This document shows positions 32,120 through 43,033 of a DNA stretch of 64,000 nt, in pieces. The first letter of the stretch is position 1. Every line of letters starts with the position of its first letter. This DNA is from Alphaproteobacteria bacterium. Its GTDB lineage: Bacteria > Pseudomonadota > Alphaproteobacteria > RF32 > CAG-239. The stretch lies in NCBI GenBank assembly GCA_045634545.1, contig JAZRAL010000023.1:1161-65160 (forward strand), given 5' to 3'. The notes beneath the pieces were generated by a model. That model was not told where the DNA came from, ran no database searches, and saw only the letters and a program-made list of their open reading frames with translations. A program made the translations under genes and the position numbers.

Positions 32120-33463
32120 ATGTTTGAAAAAGTTTTAATTGCTAACCGAGGCGAAGTTGCTTTAAGAATTCACAGAGCTTGTAGGGAAATGGGTATTAGA
32201 ACAGTTGCGGTGCACTCTGAAGCTGATGCTAATGCTATGCATGTAAGACTTGCTGATGAAGCGGTTTGTATTGGTCCTGCAAGATCTTCCGAATCTTATT
32301 TGAATAAACCTGCAATTATTTCAGCAGCCTTGATTACAGGTGCTGATGCTATTCACCCAGGTTTTGGTTTTCTTTCTGAAAACGCTGATTTTGCTGAAAT
32401 GGTTGAGAAACATGGTATAACATTTATTGGACCTACTGCAGAACAAATGCGTTTATTAGGTGACAAAATTACAGCAAGAAAAGCTGCTATTGAGGCTGGC
32501 CTTCCTATTACTCCTGGCTCTACTGCATTGGAAAGTGTTGAAGATGCAAAAGAATGGGCAAATAAGATTGGGTATCCTGTTATTATTAAAGCCAAAGATG
32601 GTGGTGGCGGTAAAGGAATGAAGGTTGCTTATTCTGACGACGAAATAGCTGAAGCTTATACTATGGCAAAAGCTGAAGCAAAAGCAGCATTTCCTTCTGA
32701 TGTTGTTTATATGGAGAAATATCTCCAACGTCCTCGCCATATTGAAATGCAAATTTTGGCTGATAAATATGGCAACGTAGTTCATCTTGGTGAGCGTGAT
32801 TGCTCAATCCAAAGAAATCATCAAAAAGTTATTGAAGAATGCCCTTCTCCAGCTTTAAACCAAGAACAACGCAAAGAAATTGGTGATATTGTTTGCAATG
32901 CTATTAAAAAGATTGGATATCAAAACGCTGGTACTCTAGAGTTTATGTATGAAGATGGTAAATTCTATTTCTTGGAGATGAACACAAGATTGCAAGTAGA
33001 ACATCCTATTACAGAAGCTATATCTGGTATTGATTTGGTTCGTGAACAAATTAGAATCGCAAGTGGTGCTCAGCTTGGTTATACTCAAGATGATATTCAA
33101 TTTAGAGGTCATGCAATTGAATGCCGTATCAATGCAGAAGATCCTCAAACATTTGCACCTTGCCCTGGAAAAATTCAAGAATGGCATGCTCCTGGTGGGC
33201 TTGGTATTCGTGTTGATTCTGAAATTTATTCTGGTTATAGTATTCCTCCATATTATGATAGTATGATTGCAAAGCTTATTGTTCATGGAAAAACAAGAAA
33301 TGCTTGCTTGATGCGTCTTCGCAGAGCTTTGGAAGAATTTATCATTATGGGGGTTAAAACAACTATACCTTTACATGAAGATATTATTTCTCAAAATGAA
33401 TTCATTGATGGTCAGTATAATATTCATTGGTTAACTGAGTATATGAATAAAAATAGTAAATAG
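32120..33463 (+). CDS. accC: acetyl-CoA carboxylase biotin carboxylase
   Basis: 'KVLIANRGEVALRIHRACREMGI', 'GGGGKGMKV', 'EMNTRLQVEHPITE'. Confidence 0.97.
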   Translation: MFEKVLIANRGEVALRIHRACREMGIRTVAVHSEADANAMHVRLADEAVCIGPARSSESYLNKPAIISAALITGADAIHPGFGFLSENADFAEMVEKHGITFIGPTAEQMRLLGDKITARKAAIEAGLPITPGSTALESVEDAKEWANKIGYPVIIKAKDGGGGKGMKVAYSDDEIAEAYTMAKAEAKAAFPSDVVYMEKYLQRPRHIEMQILADKYGNVVHLGERDCSIQRNHQKVIEECPSPALNQEQRKEIGDIVCNAIKKIGYQNAGTLEFMYEDGKFYFLEMNTRLQVEHPITEAISGIDLVREQIRIASGAQLGYTQDDIQFRGHAIECRINAEDPQTFAPCPGKIQEWHAPGGLGIRVDSEIYSGYSIPPYYDSMIAKLIVHGKTRNACLMRLRRALEEFIIMGVKTTIPLHEDIISQNEFIDGQYNIHWLTEYMNKNSK

Positions 33464-33471
33464 GTTATCGT

Positions 33472-34272
33472 ATGAAAGAAAAATTGTCAGTTTGGAAAAT
33501 ATACAGAAATGCTTATCGTTATTTAGTTAGCCATCTGTTTGCTTTTGCATTTCTGACAATTTTTTATTTCATAGGTAGTTTGTTTCCTATGTTTTTAGGA
33601 AGTTCATCTTTTTTTGCGATATCTGGTATATACATATATTTGTTTTTTTATTTTGCAGCAGGTTGTTATTATAAACAGCAAATATTGTGGAATAAAAATA
33701 TATTTATTTCTGCAACACTTCGCTTTATTTCTGCCATTGCTTTGTTTGTTGTTGCTCTACTTATAACATCATTTATTCTTAATATTGGAATAAACTTTCT
33801 TAAAATATCTTTGGGTGATGGTTTTAGTGAGTTTTTTGATAATCTTTTACAGAGTGTTGTTTGGCAAGTTGGTAAGTATATATGTATATTTTTAATTTTT
33901 GTTATTTTCTTTTTAATTCCTTCTTTTTCTTTTGTATCTGAAATTACAGGAAAAAATAAGTCTTTACTTTTTACATATATAAAAACTAAAGGAAATATAC
34001 TTAGAATATCTTTTGTGACTTTCATTTCATTTGTATTGCTTGTATGTTTAATGTTATTGCTTGCACAAATTAATCTTTGGATTGCATCTTTTGCAAGATC
34101 AGCAATTTTGGTTTTTGTTTCTATTCTTTATTTTAAGATGTATGATTTCTTTTATTTATTTCCTGTTAAAAATATTTCGAATAATGAAGTTAAAAGCAAT
34201 AAAGAAAATAATTTAAAACATAGAAAAAAAGCTCAAAATGATCTTAAGGAGAGTAAAGAAGATGCTAATTAA
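33472..34272 (+). CDS. hypothetical polytopic membrane protein
   Basis: About six hydrophobic helices and a charged C-tail. No family recognised. Confidence 0.5.
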   Translation: MKEKLSVWKIYRNAYRYLVSHLFAFAFLTIFYFIGSLFPMFLGSSSFFAISGIYIYLFFYFAAGCYYKQQILWNKNIFISATLRFISAIALFVVALLITSFILNIGINFLKISLGDGFSEFFDNLLQSVVWQVGKYICIFLIFVIFFLIPSFSFVSEITGKNKSLLFTYIKTKGNILRISFVTFISFVLLVCLMLLLAQINLWIASFARSAILVFVSILYFKMYDFFYLFPVKNISNNEVKSNKENNLKHRKKAQNDLKESKEDAN

Positions 34273-35098
34273 AGATAAAGATATTTTATCTAGTGATAAA
34301 ACTCAAAAGCAAGACGAACAAAGTGAGAAAAAAGCTAAACGCTATGTTATTAACAAAAATAACATGAAGCAGGCATGGGGAGATGCTTTTGATTATTATA
34401 TTAGAGGGATTACAGAAAATTATCTTAATTTTCATGGCAGAGCTACACGTTTAGAATTTTTTGGTTTTATGGTAGCGCAAGGTCTTTTATTCTTTCCTTT
34501 ATATATTTTTTCAAAATATGTAGACATGCCTATGCTTGTTTATATTTTCTATCTTACTACTTTTATTCCAACAATAGCTGTTTTAGTTAGAAGATTTCAT
34601 GATATAAATAAAAAGGCTTCCTTGTATTTATTTCTTGGATTACTTGCGGTTTTAAGCTCTTTTTTTATTAGTTATTTCTCTTTAATTTTAGTTATTTTAT
34701 GGTTTGTTTTGATTTATATAGTATTATATCGTTCGTCTTATGATGGAATTGGTATTTTTGGTGAACCCCAGGTTAATGATGAGATTTACGAGCAAGATAA
34801 TGAGCCAATCTTAAAAAAATTTATTAACTTATCTATAATTTGTTTGATTGTTATTTCTATAATATCATATGTAAATTTTGATAATTGGAGACGTCAAAAT
34901 GCTCAAAAATCAGCTATTGATAATATTTTAACAACAGCAGAAATGATGAGTGTTGATAAATCTCTTTCAGATAAACAGATTGAGATTGTTCAAAAACGAG
35001 TTATGGAAATGTTAAAGTCTATGGATGGTCAAGCGGTTTCTGAAGCTGTAATTAAAGCAAATATCGAGAAAATAATAAGTCAAATCAATCCAAAATAA
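34262..35098 (+). CDS. DUF805-family membrane protein with C-terminal extension
   Basis: 'GRATRLEFFGFMVAQGLL...VLVRRFHDINKKASLYL' is the DUF805 signature. AAGGAG SD before the ATG at 34262. Confidence 0.7.
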   Translation: MLIKDKDILSSDKTQKQDEQSEKKAKRYVINKNNMKQAWGDAFDYYIRGITENYLNFHGRATRLEFFGFMVAQGLLFFPLYIFSKYVDMPMLVYIFYLTTFIPTIAVLVRRFHDINKKASLYLFLGLLAVLSSFFISYFSLILVILWFVLIYIVLYRSSYDGIGIFGEPQVNDEIYEQDNEPILKKFINLSIICLIVISIISYVNFDNWRRQNAQKSAIDNILTTAEMMSVDKSLSDKQIEIVQKRVMEMLKSMDGQAVSEAVIKANIEKIISQINPK

Positions 35099-35108
35099 TG
35101 AGTTTGTG

Positions 35109-36950
35109 ATGAAAAAAAAGTGTTGCTTAATATTATTTTTCTTATTTGTAACATGTATATATAGCTTTTTTCATATATTCCGAAACGCAAATAATTTTTT
35201 TTTAGCAGATAATACGCCTACAATATTAAGAGAATTAGCAACGCCATTGATTAATCAATTAAATAAAGAAGATATTTCTAAAAATAAAAAATTTAAAATT
35301 TACTTTGCTAATTTTTTTGAAAATCATGAAATCGTAAAACCTCAGAAAACAAAAAATGAAATCCCTATTTTGTGGCTTGGAGGATATGAGGGATTAATAT
35401 TTAACCATCAGGATCTTTTTGATTATCCATATATTTTTGTCACTTCAAACCTATTGCTTGATTTTTTAAAGGAATATAACTTAAAATTGGATTATGTACC
35501 ATTTAGTTTGTTTGACAAAGATGATGATAGTGCAATAAATAGTGATAAAAATACTCTTTTTGGAATAATAGGAAATCAACCTAATATAAAATCAATTTTG
35601 GAAACAAGAAAAATACCTTATAAAGAATATGATATTGATGATTTAAAAGAAATCAAAAGAGATATGTCTAAATTTAGAGCATGTTTTGTTAAATATACGT
35701 ATTTTGAAGAAAAATCTATAGATTTGCACCCTATTTTCTTTAAAATTGCATCTTATAAAATTCCTATTGCAACTTACTGGGGATGGCCTACTCATATTGA
35801 TGCTATCAATGTATTTAATGATGCAGTTAACTTTTATATGACAGATGATGATGCTAATATTCTTATTGATGAAATATTAAATGATAGCGAACGAATTAGC
35901 ACAAAAACAGAAATGGCTCTGTTGATTACAAAACGAATTTTTAGCAAAGAAAGTATTGTAAATAAAATAAAGACAACACTCGGAGGTAAAAATAATAAGG
36001 ATGTTTTAGATGGCTCAGAAAAAAGTATAAACTTTGATTTAGGTGTTTCAGTTGGGCACATTGGAAGTGGAGATTTTTGGCTAGCTCAAGATTTGGCTAT
36101 GCATTTTGCAAATCAAAAATATGAACATTACATGAGTTTTTTTGATTCTTTAAAAAAATACTCTGCTCAGAATAATATTTTAATAAGAGGTTTTTTACCA
36201 ATAAAAGAAAGTGATTTGACAGGTAAGAATAACTTTTTATTTATAGCTTATCCTCAGTTTGCTGAAATCAATAACAAAGAAGTAGTTATGCCTTTTGATG
36301 AATATATCGAAAAAATAAAAGATGAAAGTGATAAATTTAATGCTATTTTTGTATCATCTCTAAAATTAAATAGTGAGTTGCAAAAAAAAGGTATAAACTC
36401 TTATTATGTACCACAGTTTACAAATACTAAAAGATTTTATCCTGATTTTGATAAAGAACTTGAAACTGATGTTATTTTTGTTGGTGTGAATGCGTTTTAT
36501 AGAAAAGCTGTGCATTATTTGCGCGAAGCAGGTATTGATGTTAATATTTATGGCCCCAACTTTGATGATGGTGTTGCAATAAAAGAATATCTCGACAATC
36601 GAGTGCTTAGAAAATATTATAGTTCTGCAAAAATTGTTTTAAATGATACTCGAGATGGAATGAAAAATTTTGGTTTTATAAGTAATAGAATTTTTGATGC
36701 TAGTGCTTGTGGTAGTCTAGTTATATCTGATTATATGAAAGAAATCGAAGAAATTTATGGTGATAGTATACCTATGTGGAAAACAAAAGAAGAATTAATC
36801 CAACTTGTCAGATATTATCTAGACCCTAAAAATGAAGATGAAAGAAAAGAAAAAATTAAAAAGGCTCAAGAAATTACTCTAAAAAACTTTACATTGAAAA
36901 TCATTGGCGATTATATGCAGCAAATAATTGAAAATAATGAGGTAAATTAG
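35109..36950 (+). CDS. CgeB-like / DUF3880-type glycosyltransferase, paralog 1
   Basis: The C-terminal 'YVPQFTNTKRFYPD...VIFVG...YRKA...LRKYYSSAKIVLNDTR..MKNFGFISNRIFDASACG' matches the CgeB-family glycosyltransferase pattern. N-terminal signal/anchor. Confidence 0.6.
   Translation: MKKKCCLILFFLFVTCIYSFFHIFRNANNFFLADNTPTILRELATPLINQLNKEDISKNKKFKIYFANFFENHEIVKPQKTKNEIPILWLGGYEGLIFNHQDLFDYPYIFVTSNLLLDFLKEYNLKLDYVPFSLFDKDDDSAINSDKNTLFGIIGNQPNIKSILETRKIPYKEYDIDDLKEIKRDMSKFRACFVKYTYFEEKSIDLHPIFFKIASYKIPIATYWGWPTHIDAINVFNDAVNFYMTDDDANILIDEILNDSERISTKTEMALLITKRIFSKESIVNKIKTTLGGKNNKDVLDGSEKSINFDLGVSVGHIGSGDFWLAQDLAMHFANQKYEHYMSFFDSLKKYSAQNNILIRGFLPIKESDLTGKNNFLFIAYPQFAEINNKEVVMPFDEYIEKIKDESDKFNAIFVSSLKLNSELQKKGINSYYVPQFTNTKRFYPDFDKELETDVIFVGVNAFYRKAVHYLREAGIDVNIYGPNFDDGVAIKEYLDNRVLRKYYSSAKIVLNDTRDGMKNFGFISNRIFDASACGSLVISDYMKEIEEIYGDSIPMWKTKEELIQLVRYYLDPKNEDERKEKIKKAQEITLKNFTLKIIGDYMQQIIENNEVN
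36606..36643 (+). repeat. 38-nt stretch identical to 38458..38495 (paralog patch)
   Basis: CTTAGAAAATATTATAGTTCTGCAAAAATTGTTTTAAA in both copies. A second identical 26-mer lies at 36735-36760 and 38587-38612. Confidence 0.9.
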
Positions 36951-36951
36951 C

Positions 36952-38820
36952 ATGAAAAAACTAACTATCATCTTTATCCTTTTGTTATTATTTATTATTG
37001 GGGTATATCTTATAAGAAATTCTAATTCTAAAAATTTTAATCTTGTATATGTAGAAGACGCTATTGATTCTGATATTGAAAAAGATTTGATAAATTTATT
37101 GAATAAAAAAATAAATAAAAATGATGCAAATAAACAAATCGATTATTATGTTGGTGGTTTTTCCTCTGAATATCTAAATAAACCAATAAATGATAATCAT
37201 TTTAATATTTTGCGATTAGGTTCTTTTAATAGAATTAATCTTGATACACTAAGGGATTATGATCTTGTTTTATCATCTAGTGTTGATTTAGCTACTTACT
37301 TAAAAAGCTATAACATTAATACCTTTTTCATACCTTTGTATAGTAATTATAAAAATAAAAAATATAGTAAATGTGCCGTAGATGGTGGAGATGATTGTTT
37401 TTGGTTAATGATTGGTGAAATGGGTGATGTTGAAGAATATATACTATTAAATAATATAAAATATAAAAAATACAAAACATTATCTCTAAATAATGTAAAA
37501 TACTTATCAGATAATTTTGATAAAATAAGTGGCGTAATTGTTGCGAGCGCTAGATTATCTGCTTTATCTTATGATATTAATCCTATATTTTTAGAATTTA
37601 TTATTAGAAAAATACCAATTTTTACTGAAGCATTAAAAGTTGAAAAACATTCTGAATATTCTGATACTTTTATTCATTTACTTTTTAGTGATGCTGTATC
37701 TTATTATACTTACCCTAAGGACATTAGTTACTTCTTTAATAATATTGAGTATAGAAAGCAAAAAGCAAATTATGCGTTTAACTTCTTTGTTAATTTTTTT
37801 AGTATTGATGCTATTGTAAATAAAATATTTAATATTTTAGATATTAAAGATATATCTTTAAACAAACAGAATACTGTAAGCATTTTTTCTCCAACATTTA
37901 CTGGTTTATATAATAACGGTGATTATTGGATAGCTAAAGATATTGAAAGCAAATTTAATGAATTTAACTATAAAACTTTGGTTTATTTCCCAACATCTCA
38001 ACTATCAAATATTGGTGATATTGATATATATATTAGAGGTGGAATGCCGTTAACTAAAAGAACACTTGATAAGAATAAATCATCTATTGCATATATTTTA
38101 TTTCCATTTTTTGAAAATGAAGAAAACTTTAATTTAGAAAATTTTGATATTGATAAATATATTAATAATATTCAAGACGAACTCTTAAGATATGATGCTG
38201 TTGCTGTTGCATCTAAAAATATGTTACATTCATTAAAGAAACATAATATCAATGCTTATTATATTCCTCAATTTACAAATATAAAAAAATTCTACCCTGA
38301 TTATGATGAACAATTAAAGTCGGAGATTTTATTTGTTGGTAATAAAACATTCTATCGCAAAGCTCCAATGATTGTATATGAAAACCAATTGCCGATAACC
38401 ATATATGGTGATAATTGGGGCGATATTGCAAAATCTAAGTATATTGATAATCAGATTCTTAGAAAATATTATAGTTCTGCAAAAATTGTTTTAAACGATA
38501 CAAGACAAGTCATGAAAAATTTTGGCTTTATAATAAATCGAATTTTTGATGTTACTGCCTGCAAAGGTTTTATTATTTCGGATTACATGAAAGAAATCGA
38601 AGAAATTTATGGCGACAGTGTTCCTATGTATAAAACAAATGAAGAGTTAATTTACTTATTAAAATATTATCTAGATCCTAATAATGAGCAAGAACGTTTG
38701 GAAAAAATTAATCGTGCGCATGAAATTACAATAAAAAACTTCACGTCAGATATTACTGTTAAAAAATTTATTGATATTGATAAAGATATTAGAAAAAACA
38801 AACAATTATTAAACAATTAG
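36952..38820 (+). CDS. CgeB-like / DUF3880-type glycosyltransferase, paralog 2
   Basis: Same C-terminal motif set as 35109..36950. Its start is 1 nt after the paralog 1 stop. Confidence 0.6.
   Translation: MKKLTIIFILLLLFIIGVYLIRNSNSKNFNLVYVEDAIDSDIEKDLINLLNKKINKNDANKQIDYYVGGFSSEYLNKPINDNHFNILRLGSFNRINLDTLRDYDLVLSSSVDLATYLKSYNINTFFIPLYSNYKNKKYSKCAVDGGDDCFWLMIGEMGDVEEYILLNNIKYKKYKTLSLNNVKYLSDNFDKISGVIVASARLSALSYDINPIFLEFIIRKIPIFTEALKVEKHSEYSDTFIHLLFSDAVSYYTYPKDISYFFNNIEYRKQKANYAFNFFVNFFSIDAIVNKIFNILDIKDISLNKQNTVSIFSPTFTGLYNNGDYWIAKDIESKFNEFNYKTLVYFPTSQLSNIGDIDIYIRGGMPLTKRTLDKNKSSIAYILFPFFENEENFNLENFDIDKYINNIQDELLRYDAVAVASKNMLHSLKKHNINAYYIPQFTNIKKFYPDYDEQLKSEILFVGNKTFYRKAPMIVYENQLPITIYGDNWGDIAKSKYIDNQILRKYYSSAKIVLNDTRQVMKNFGFIINRIFDVTACKGFIISDYMKEIEEIYGDSVPMYKTNEELIYLLKYYLDPNNEQERLEKINRAHEITIKNFTSDITVKKFIDIDKDIRKNKQLLNN
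38458..38495 (+). repeat. 38-nt stretch identical to 36606..36643
   Basis: Direct comparison of the two paralogs. Confidence 0.9.
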
Positions 38821-40778
38821 TTCCATATTCTGTTTTGTTGCTTTATTGGTGTATATACCCCTTTTTTGATATCAATAAAACCGCCTTGATTTAGTTTTAT
38901 GATTTTATCTTTGTATTTTATTTGCCCTTCTTTAAGTTCGATTATATTTTTATATATGCATTTATCTTTAGAGCAATTTATGATGTCGTTTTGAGAGGGA
39001 TTTAATTTTCCTTTTATATTTGCGCCAGTCCATATTCTTTCTAAAAATCTATTTTTGCGCCATGGTGTTATTGAAAGTTTGTTATCTTTATTTCTATAGG
39101 CTATAGTTGTTGCTTTGCTATCAAATACAATATCTATCTTTGGCGCTGTAAATATATTTATAATACCAATTAAAATAAATACGAGCCCTATTCTTCGCCA
39201 TTTTGCTTGCCAGATACATAGCCACAATAAACCAAATGTTATCATAATTATTGCAAAATCACTCATTGGAGATATTTGTTCACCTGAGGTTGCGCCTGGA
39301 AGGTTTGCAACAAAATCTGCTATTTGATTTACTTGATAAACTCCTTTTTCTAAAAACAATAATGGATAGTGATATATGTTTAATGGTAATGTTATCAAAA
39401 ACAATAAGAGCATAGGCATTACCCAAAATGCAATTATTGGGCCAGCTAACATATTGCCCAATGTGGTGTATACTGATATTTGATTAAAATAATACATGGT
39501 ATATGGAAGTGTCATTATGCTTGCAACTAAGTCTGTTATAACTATGCCAAGAATATAGGCTAGTATCTTAGAAATAAGGTTAGATTTATTTAGCCAATCA
39601 TGTATTTGAGGTGATTTTTTTTCATAATATGAAATTAATCCTAATGTTGCAGAAAAAGACATTAAAAATCCCGGATTTAATACAGCATTTGGAGTTAGCA
39701 ATACAACAACTATTAATGCAAAAGCCCAAAGCCTTAATGTTATTGCTCGTCTATTTAGTAGTATTCCTAGCAAGACAAGTGTTGTCATTATAAATGCTCT
39801 AATACACGATATTGTTTGTCCGGATATTAAAAAATATAAAAACGTTACAGATATTGAGATGATGGCGGCAAACTTTCTAAAATCATATTGCCCATATCCT
39901 ATTGGTAGTAGTAATAATCTTACAAGCCAAAATACAAGTAATGCGATTATGCTCATATGCATTCCTGATATTGATAACACATGAGCAAGTCCGGATGTTC
40001 GATAATTTTCATTTAGCTTATTTGATATTAACGACCTATCGCCAATGGTTAAGGCTTTAATTATAGCACCTTCATTTGGGGTAGTATTATTTTCTATAAC
40101 TGTTTTTATTTTATTTCTAATTTTAGTTATCATATTTGATTTATTATTCTGTATTTCTTTACAATCTTTTTCATATACAGGACCTATACTATAGCCGATT
40201 GCAGATATTTCTTTATAGAAATTATTTCTATTCATATTGTAATTACTTAAAGGATTTGGTGTAAATGATTTTGGTAATTGAGCTACAAGTTCAACACAAG
40301 AACCTTCTTTCATCCATGGCTCAAGTTTTGATATACTTATTTTGTAATCCCCTTTTAGGTCTCTATCAAAATTATTTGCTTTGGTGATTAGTAATCTTGG
40401 TCTGTTGTTTGAATTGTAATCTATTACTTTAACTTGCCCATTTATATATATGGTTTCGCTTAAGCTTTTATCTATTTGTTTTGATTTAAAAAGTGCATCA
40501 GCTTTAGCGATTGTTAAGCCTAATGTAAAAACTATAACATATGTAAGTAGTTTAAAAATTTTAGCTTTGTTTCTAAATATATAAAGTAAGACTAAGATAC
40601 TTTCTAAAAAAAATAAAACAGCTATTGTTGATAATTCATAAGGAAATGAAAGGTAAAAAGCAGCTCCTAATGCAAACATTATTGCATACCAGATTATTAA
40701 GCTTTCTTTTTCTAGGATATAGTTTTCCGTAATATATAATTTTATGCGTAAAAGTTGTTTTCTTAACCACCACATCAA
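38817..40778 (-). CDS. comEC: ComEC/Rec2 family competence channel protein (no beta-lactamase domain)
   Basis: Polytopic. 'YRTSGLAHVLSISGMHMSIIALL' is the ComEC core motif. Confidence 0.85.
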   Translation of the reverse strand: MMWWLRKQLLRIKLYITENYILEKESLIIWYAIMFALGAAFYLSFPYELSTIAVLFFLESILVLLYIFRNKAKIFKLLTYVIVFTLGLTIAKADALFKSKQIDKSLSETIYINGQVKVIDYNSNNRPRLLITKANNFDRDLKGDYKISISKLEPWMKEGSCVELVAQLPKSFTPNPLSNYNMNRNNFYKEISAIGYSIGPVYEKDCKEIQNNKSNMITKIRNKIKTVIENNTTPNEGAIIKALTIGDRSLISNKLNENYRTSGLAHVLSISGMHMSIIALLVFWLVRLLLLPIGYGQYDFRKFAAIISISVTFLYFLISGQTISCIRAFIMTTLVLLGILLNRRAITLRLWAFALIVVVLLTPNAVLNPGFLMSFSATLGLISYYEKKSPQIHDWLNKSNLISKILAYILGIVITDLVASIMTLPYTMYYFNQISVYTTLGNMLAGPIIAFWVMPMLLLFLITLPLNIYHYPLLFLEKGVYQVNQIADFVANLPGATSGEQISPMSDFAIIMITFGLLWLCIWQAKWRRIGLVFILIGIINIFTAPKIDIVFDSKATTIAYRNKDNKLSITPWRKNRFLERIWTGANIKGKLNPSQNDIINCSKDKCIYKNIIELKEGQIKYKDKIIKLNQGGFIDIKKGVYTPIKQQNRIWN

Positions 40779-40779
40779 T

Positions 40780-41934
40780 TTATTTATTATCCTCTATAAG
40801 TTTTAAGATAATTTCTGCTGCTTTTTGACTAGGATTTAATTTTCCTACTCCTAAATTTTCTCTTAGTTCATTAAAACCTTTAATTTCTTTTTGATATAAG
40901 GTGGAATTTTCATCTAAAAGCATTTGAGCGTGTTCTAAGATAACTTCTTTGGTGCATTTTTCTTGAATTAATTCAGGGACTATTGGCTTGTCTAATAGTA
41001 TGTTTGTTAAATTTACATACTTAATGTTTGTAAAATGACGAGCAATCCAAGCTGTTAAAAATGGCACTTTATAACACACTAGATGTGGAACATTTATTAT
41101 CGCCAGTTCTAGAGCAACTGTTCCTGATGCGGCAATTGCAAACTCTGCAAGTTTAGCAGCTTTATAGCGCTCGTTTTGAGTATTTACTACTAAAACATTG
41201 CAATTGTGTGTTTTTAACACATCTTTTACCCTATTTTCTACAGTTGGAACTGTTGGTAATACAAAAAACAAGTCTTTATCTTTTAATTCTAGTTCTTTTA
41301 TTACATCTATAAATGTTGGTAATAAATTAGCCACTTCATTATGACGAGAGCCTGGCAATACTAAGGCAATTTTTTTGCTTTCTGGGATATTGTGCTCTTT
41401 TTTGAAATCTTTGGCATCTATTGTTAGCATAGAGCTTTCTATCGCTGGATGACCTACAAAATCGGTTGGTAAATTGTGTGGAGTAAAATATTTTGGTTCA
41501 TGAGGAAACAATGTTAATAAATGATCTATATATTTGTACATTGTTTTGGCTCTTTTCTTTTTCCAAGCCCAAACTTGCGGTGCTACATAGTGCATTTGTA
41601 AAACTTTTATTTTCTTTTTACGCAATGCTTTGTGAATTCTTGCAGAAAAACTCCAACTATCAATAGTTATTACTATATCTGGTTTTTTAGCTATTATATC
41701 GTTTATTGTATTTTTGATATGTCTTAATACTTTAGGGATGCTTGGTATTACCTCAACTAATCCCATAATAGCTAAATCAGTAATATCAAAAAGAGAATTT
41801 AATCCCTCTTTTTGCATATTATCACCACCAACTCCGACAAAATCTATATCTTTGTTTTTTTCTTTTAGAGCACGCATTAAGCGAGCGCCTAACATATCAC
41901 CTGATGGTTCTCCAGCTATCATATAAACTAACAT
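40780..41934 (-). CDS. lpxB: lipid-A-disaccharide synthase
   Basis: 'VYMIAGEPSGDMLGARLMRALKE', 'YVAPQVWAWKKKR', 'ASGTVALELA'. Confidence 0.93.
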   Translation of the reverse strand: MLVYMIAGEPSGDMLGARLMRALKEKNKDIDFVGVGGDNMQKEGLNSLFDITDLAIMGLVEVIPSIPKVLRHIKNTINDIIAKKPDIVITIDSWSFSARIHKALRKKKIKVLQMHYVAPQVWAWKKKRAKTMYKYIDHLLTLFPHEPKYFTPHNLPTDFVGHPAIESSMLTIDAKDFKKEHNIPESKKIALVLPGSRHNEVANLLPTFIDVIKELELKDKDLFFVLPTVPTVENRVKDVLKTHNCNVLVVNTQNERYKAAKLAEFAIAASGTVALELAIINVPHLVCYKVPFLTAWIARHFTNIKYVNLTNILLDKPIVPELIQEKCTKEVILEHAQMLLDENSTLYQKEIKGFNELRENLGVGKLNPSQKAAEIILKLIEDNK

Positions 41935-42803
41935 ATGCCATGCTCCGATGGGGTTATACCTACGATAAACATTTTATATTTATTAGCTAGTTTTATTACC
42001 TCTTCTTGATTTACAACAAGAGTATTTCCTGCATGTACTGCAATTCCTTTGAAACCTGAATTATACGCATTTTCAACAGTTTTAACACCAATTGTTGGAA
42101 GGTCTATGCGCATATCTTGCTCAGGCTTTCTTAATTTTACAAGTATTGGTGCTTTTCCTTTTCTTTTGTAGTCATTACATCTTATTATTAATTTATCGGT
42201 TCCTTCAATACCTTCAACACCTAAAACTAATCCTTGCTGGATTACAACTGATTGTCCAACATCTAATCGACCGAGAACTGTTCCTACTTCTATTCCTCTT
42301 TTTATATCTTCTTTATCTTCTTTGCTTGGTTTTTCTTTGGTTAATACACCTTGTGGAGCTAACAAATCAGGAACAACTTCTTGAATGCCAACAACCTTTA
42401 TTTTTTCTTCTTCGATTTCTTTAACAAGTGCTCTTAAAATACCATCATCACCTAAAGCTTTTGTTCCTAATTTGGCAAAAAACGCTGCAGTTCTTAAATC
42501 TGGAACTAAATCTGATAGAGTTGGGCGTTTTATTGTTCCAATTAAAACTATTTCTTTTACACCTTCTTCTTTGAAGCGTTTAAAACCAGTTCCAGCCTGC
42601 CCTATTCTTATCCACGAGTGATTAACCGTTTCATCAAAATATTCTTCGTTGGCGTTGTCTTTTATTGCAAGCGCAAAATATGGACGATTGATTTTTTTAC
42701 ACCATGAAATAATTTTTTCAGGTAAATCTCCACCTCCACAAATTATACCTAATTTTCTGTCTTTGTTTATGTTAATATCTTCCATATTACTACTCTTTCG
42801 CAA
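41928..42803 (-). CDS. lpxI: UDP-2,3-diacylglucosamine pyrophosphatase LpxI (DUF1009)
   Basis: 'LGIICGGGDLPEKI', 'LDVGQSVVIQQGLVLGVEGIEGTDKLI', 'DLPTIGVKTVE'. Overlaps the lpxB start by 7 nt. Confidence 0.8.
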   Translation of the reverse strand: MRKSSNMEDININKDRKLGIICGGGDLPEKIISWCKKINRPYFALAIKDNANEEYFDETVNHSWIRIGQAGTGFKRFKEEGVKEIVLIGTIKRPTLSDLVPDLRTAAFFAKLGTKALGDDGILRALVKEIEEEKIKVVGIQEVVPDLLAPQGVLTKEKPSKEDKEDIKRGIEVGTVLGRLDVGQSVVIQQGLVLGVEGIEGTDKLIIRCNDYKRKGKAPILVKLRKPEQDMRIDLPTIGVKTVENAYNSGFKGIAVHAGNTLVVNQEEVIKLANKYKMFIVGITPSEHGIC

Positions 42804-42864
42804 TTAAATTAGTTATTTTTTTGTAGCATAATTCAAAAAAAAAGCAAAATATTAAAAAATATTA

Positions 42865-42893
42865 TTGACAATTATTTTTTTATAGCATATATG
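42865..42893 (+). promoter_or_regulatory. putative promoter of initiator tRNA
   Basis: TTGACA (42865-42870), 17-nt spacer, TATATG (42888-42893). Confidence 0.4.
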
Positions 42894-42921
42894 ATTGTTT
42901 GTCGCTGAGATATTCATTTAT

Positions 42922-42998
<77 letters not shown>

Positions 42999-43004
42999 AA
43001 TTTT

Positions 43005-43033
43005 AGAGGTGTTAAGTAACACCTCTTTTTTTT
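43005..43033 (+). terminator. rho-independent terminator after tRNA-fMet
   Basis: AGAGGTGTT / AACACCTCT plus T8. Confidence 0.8.
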
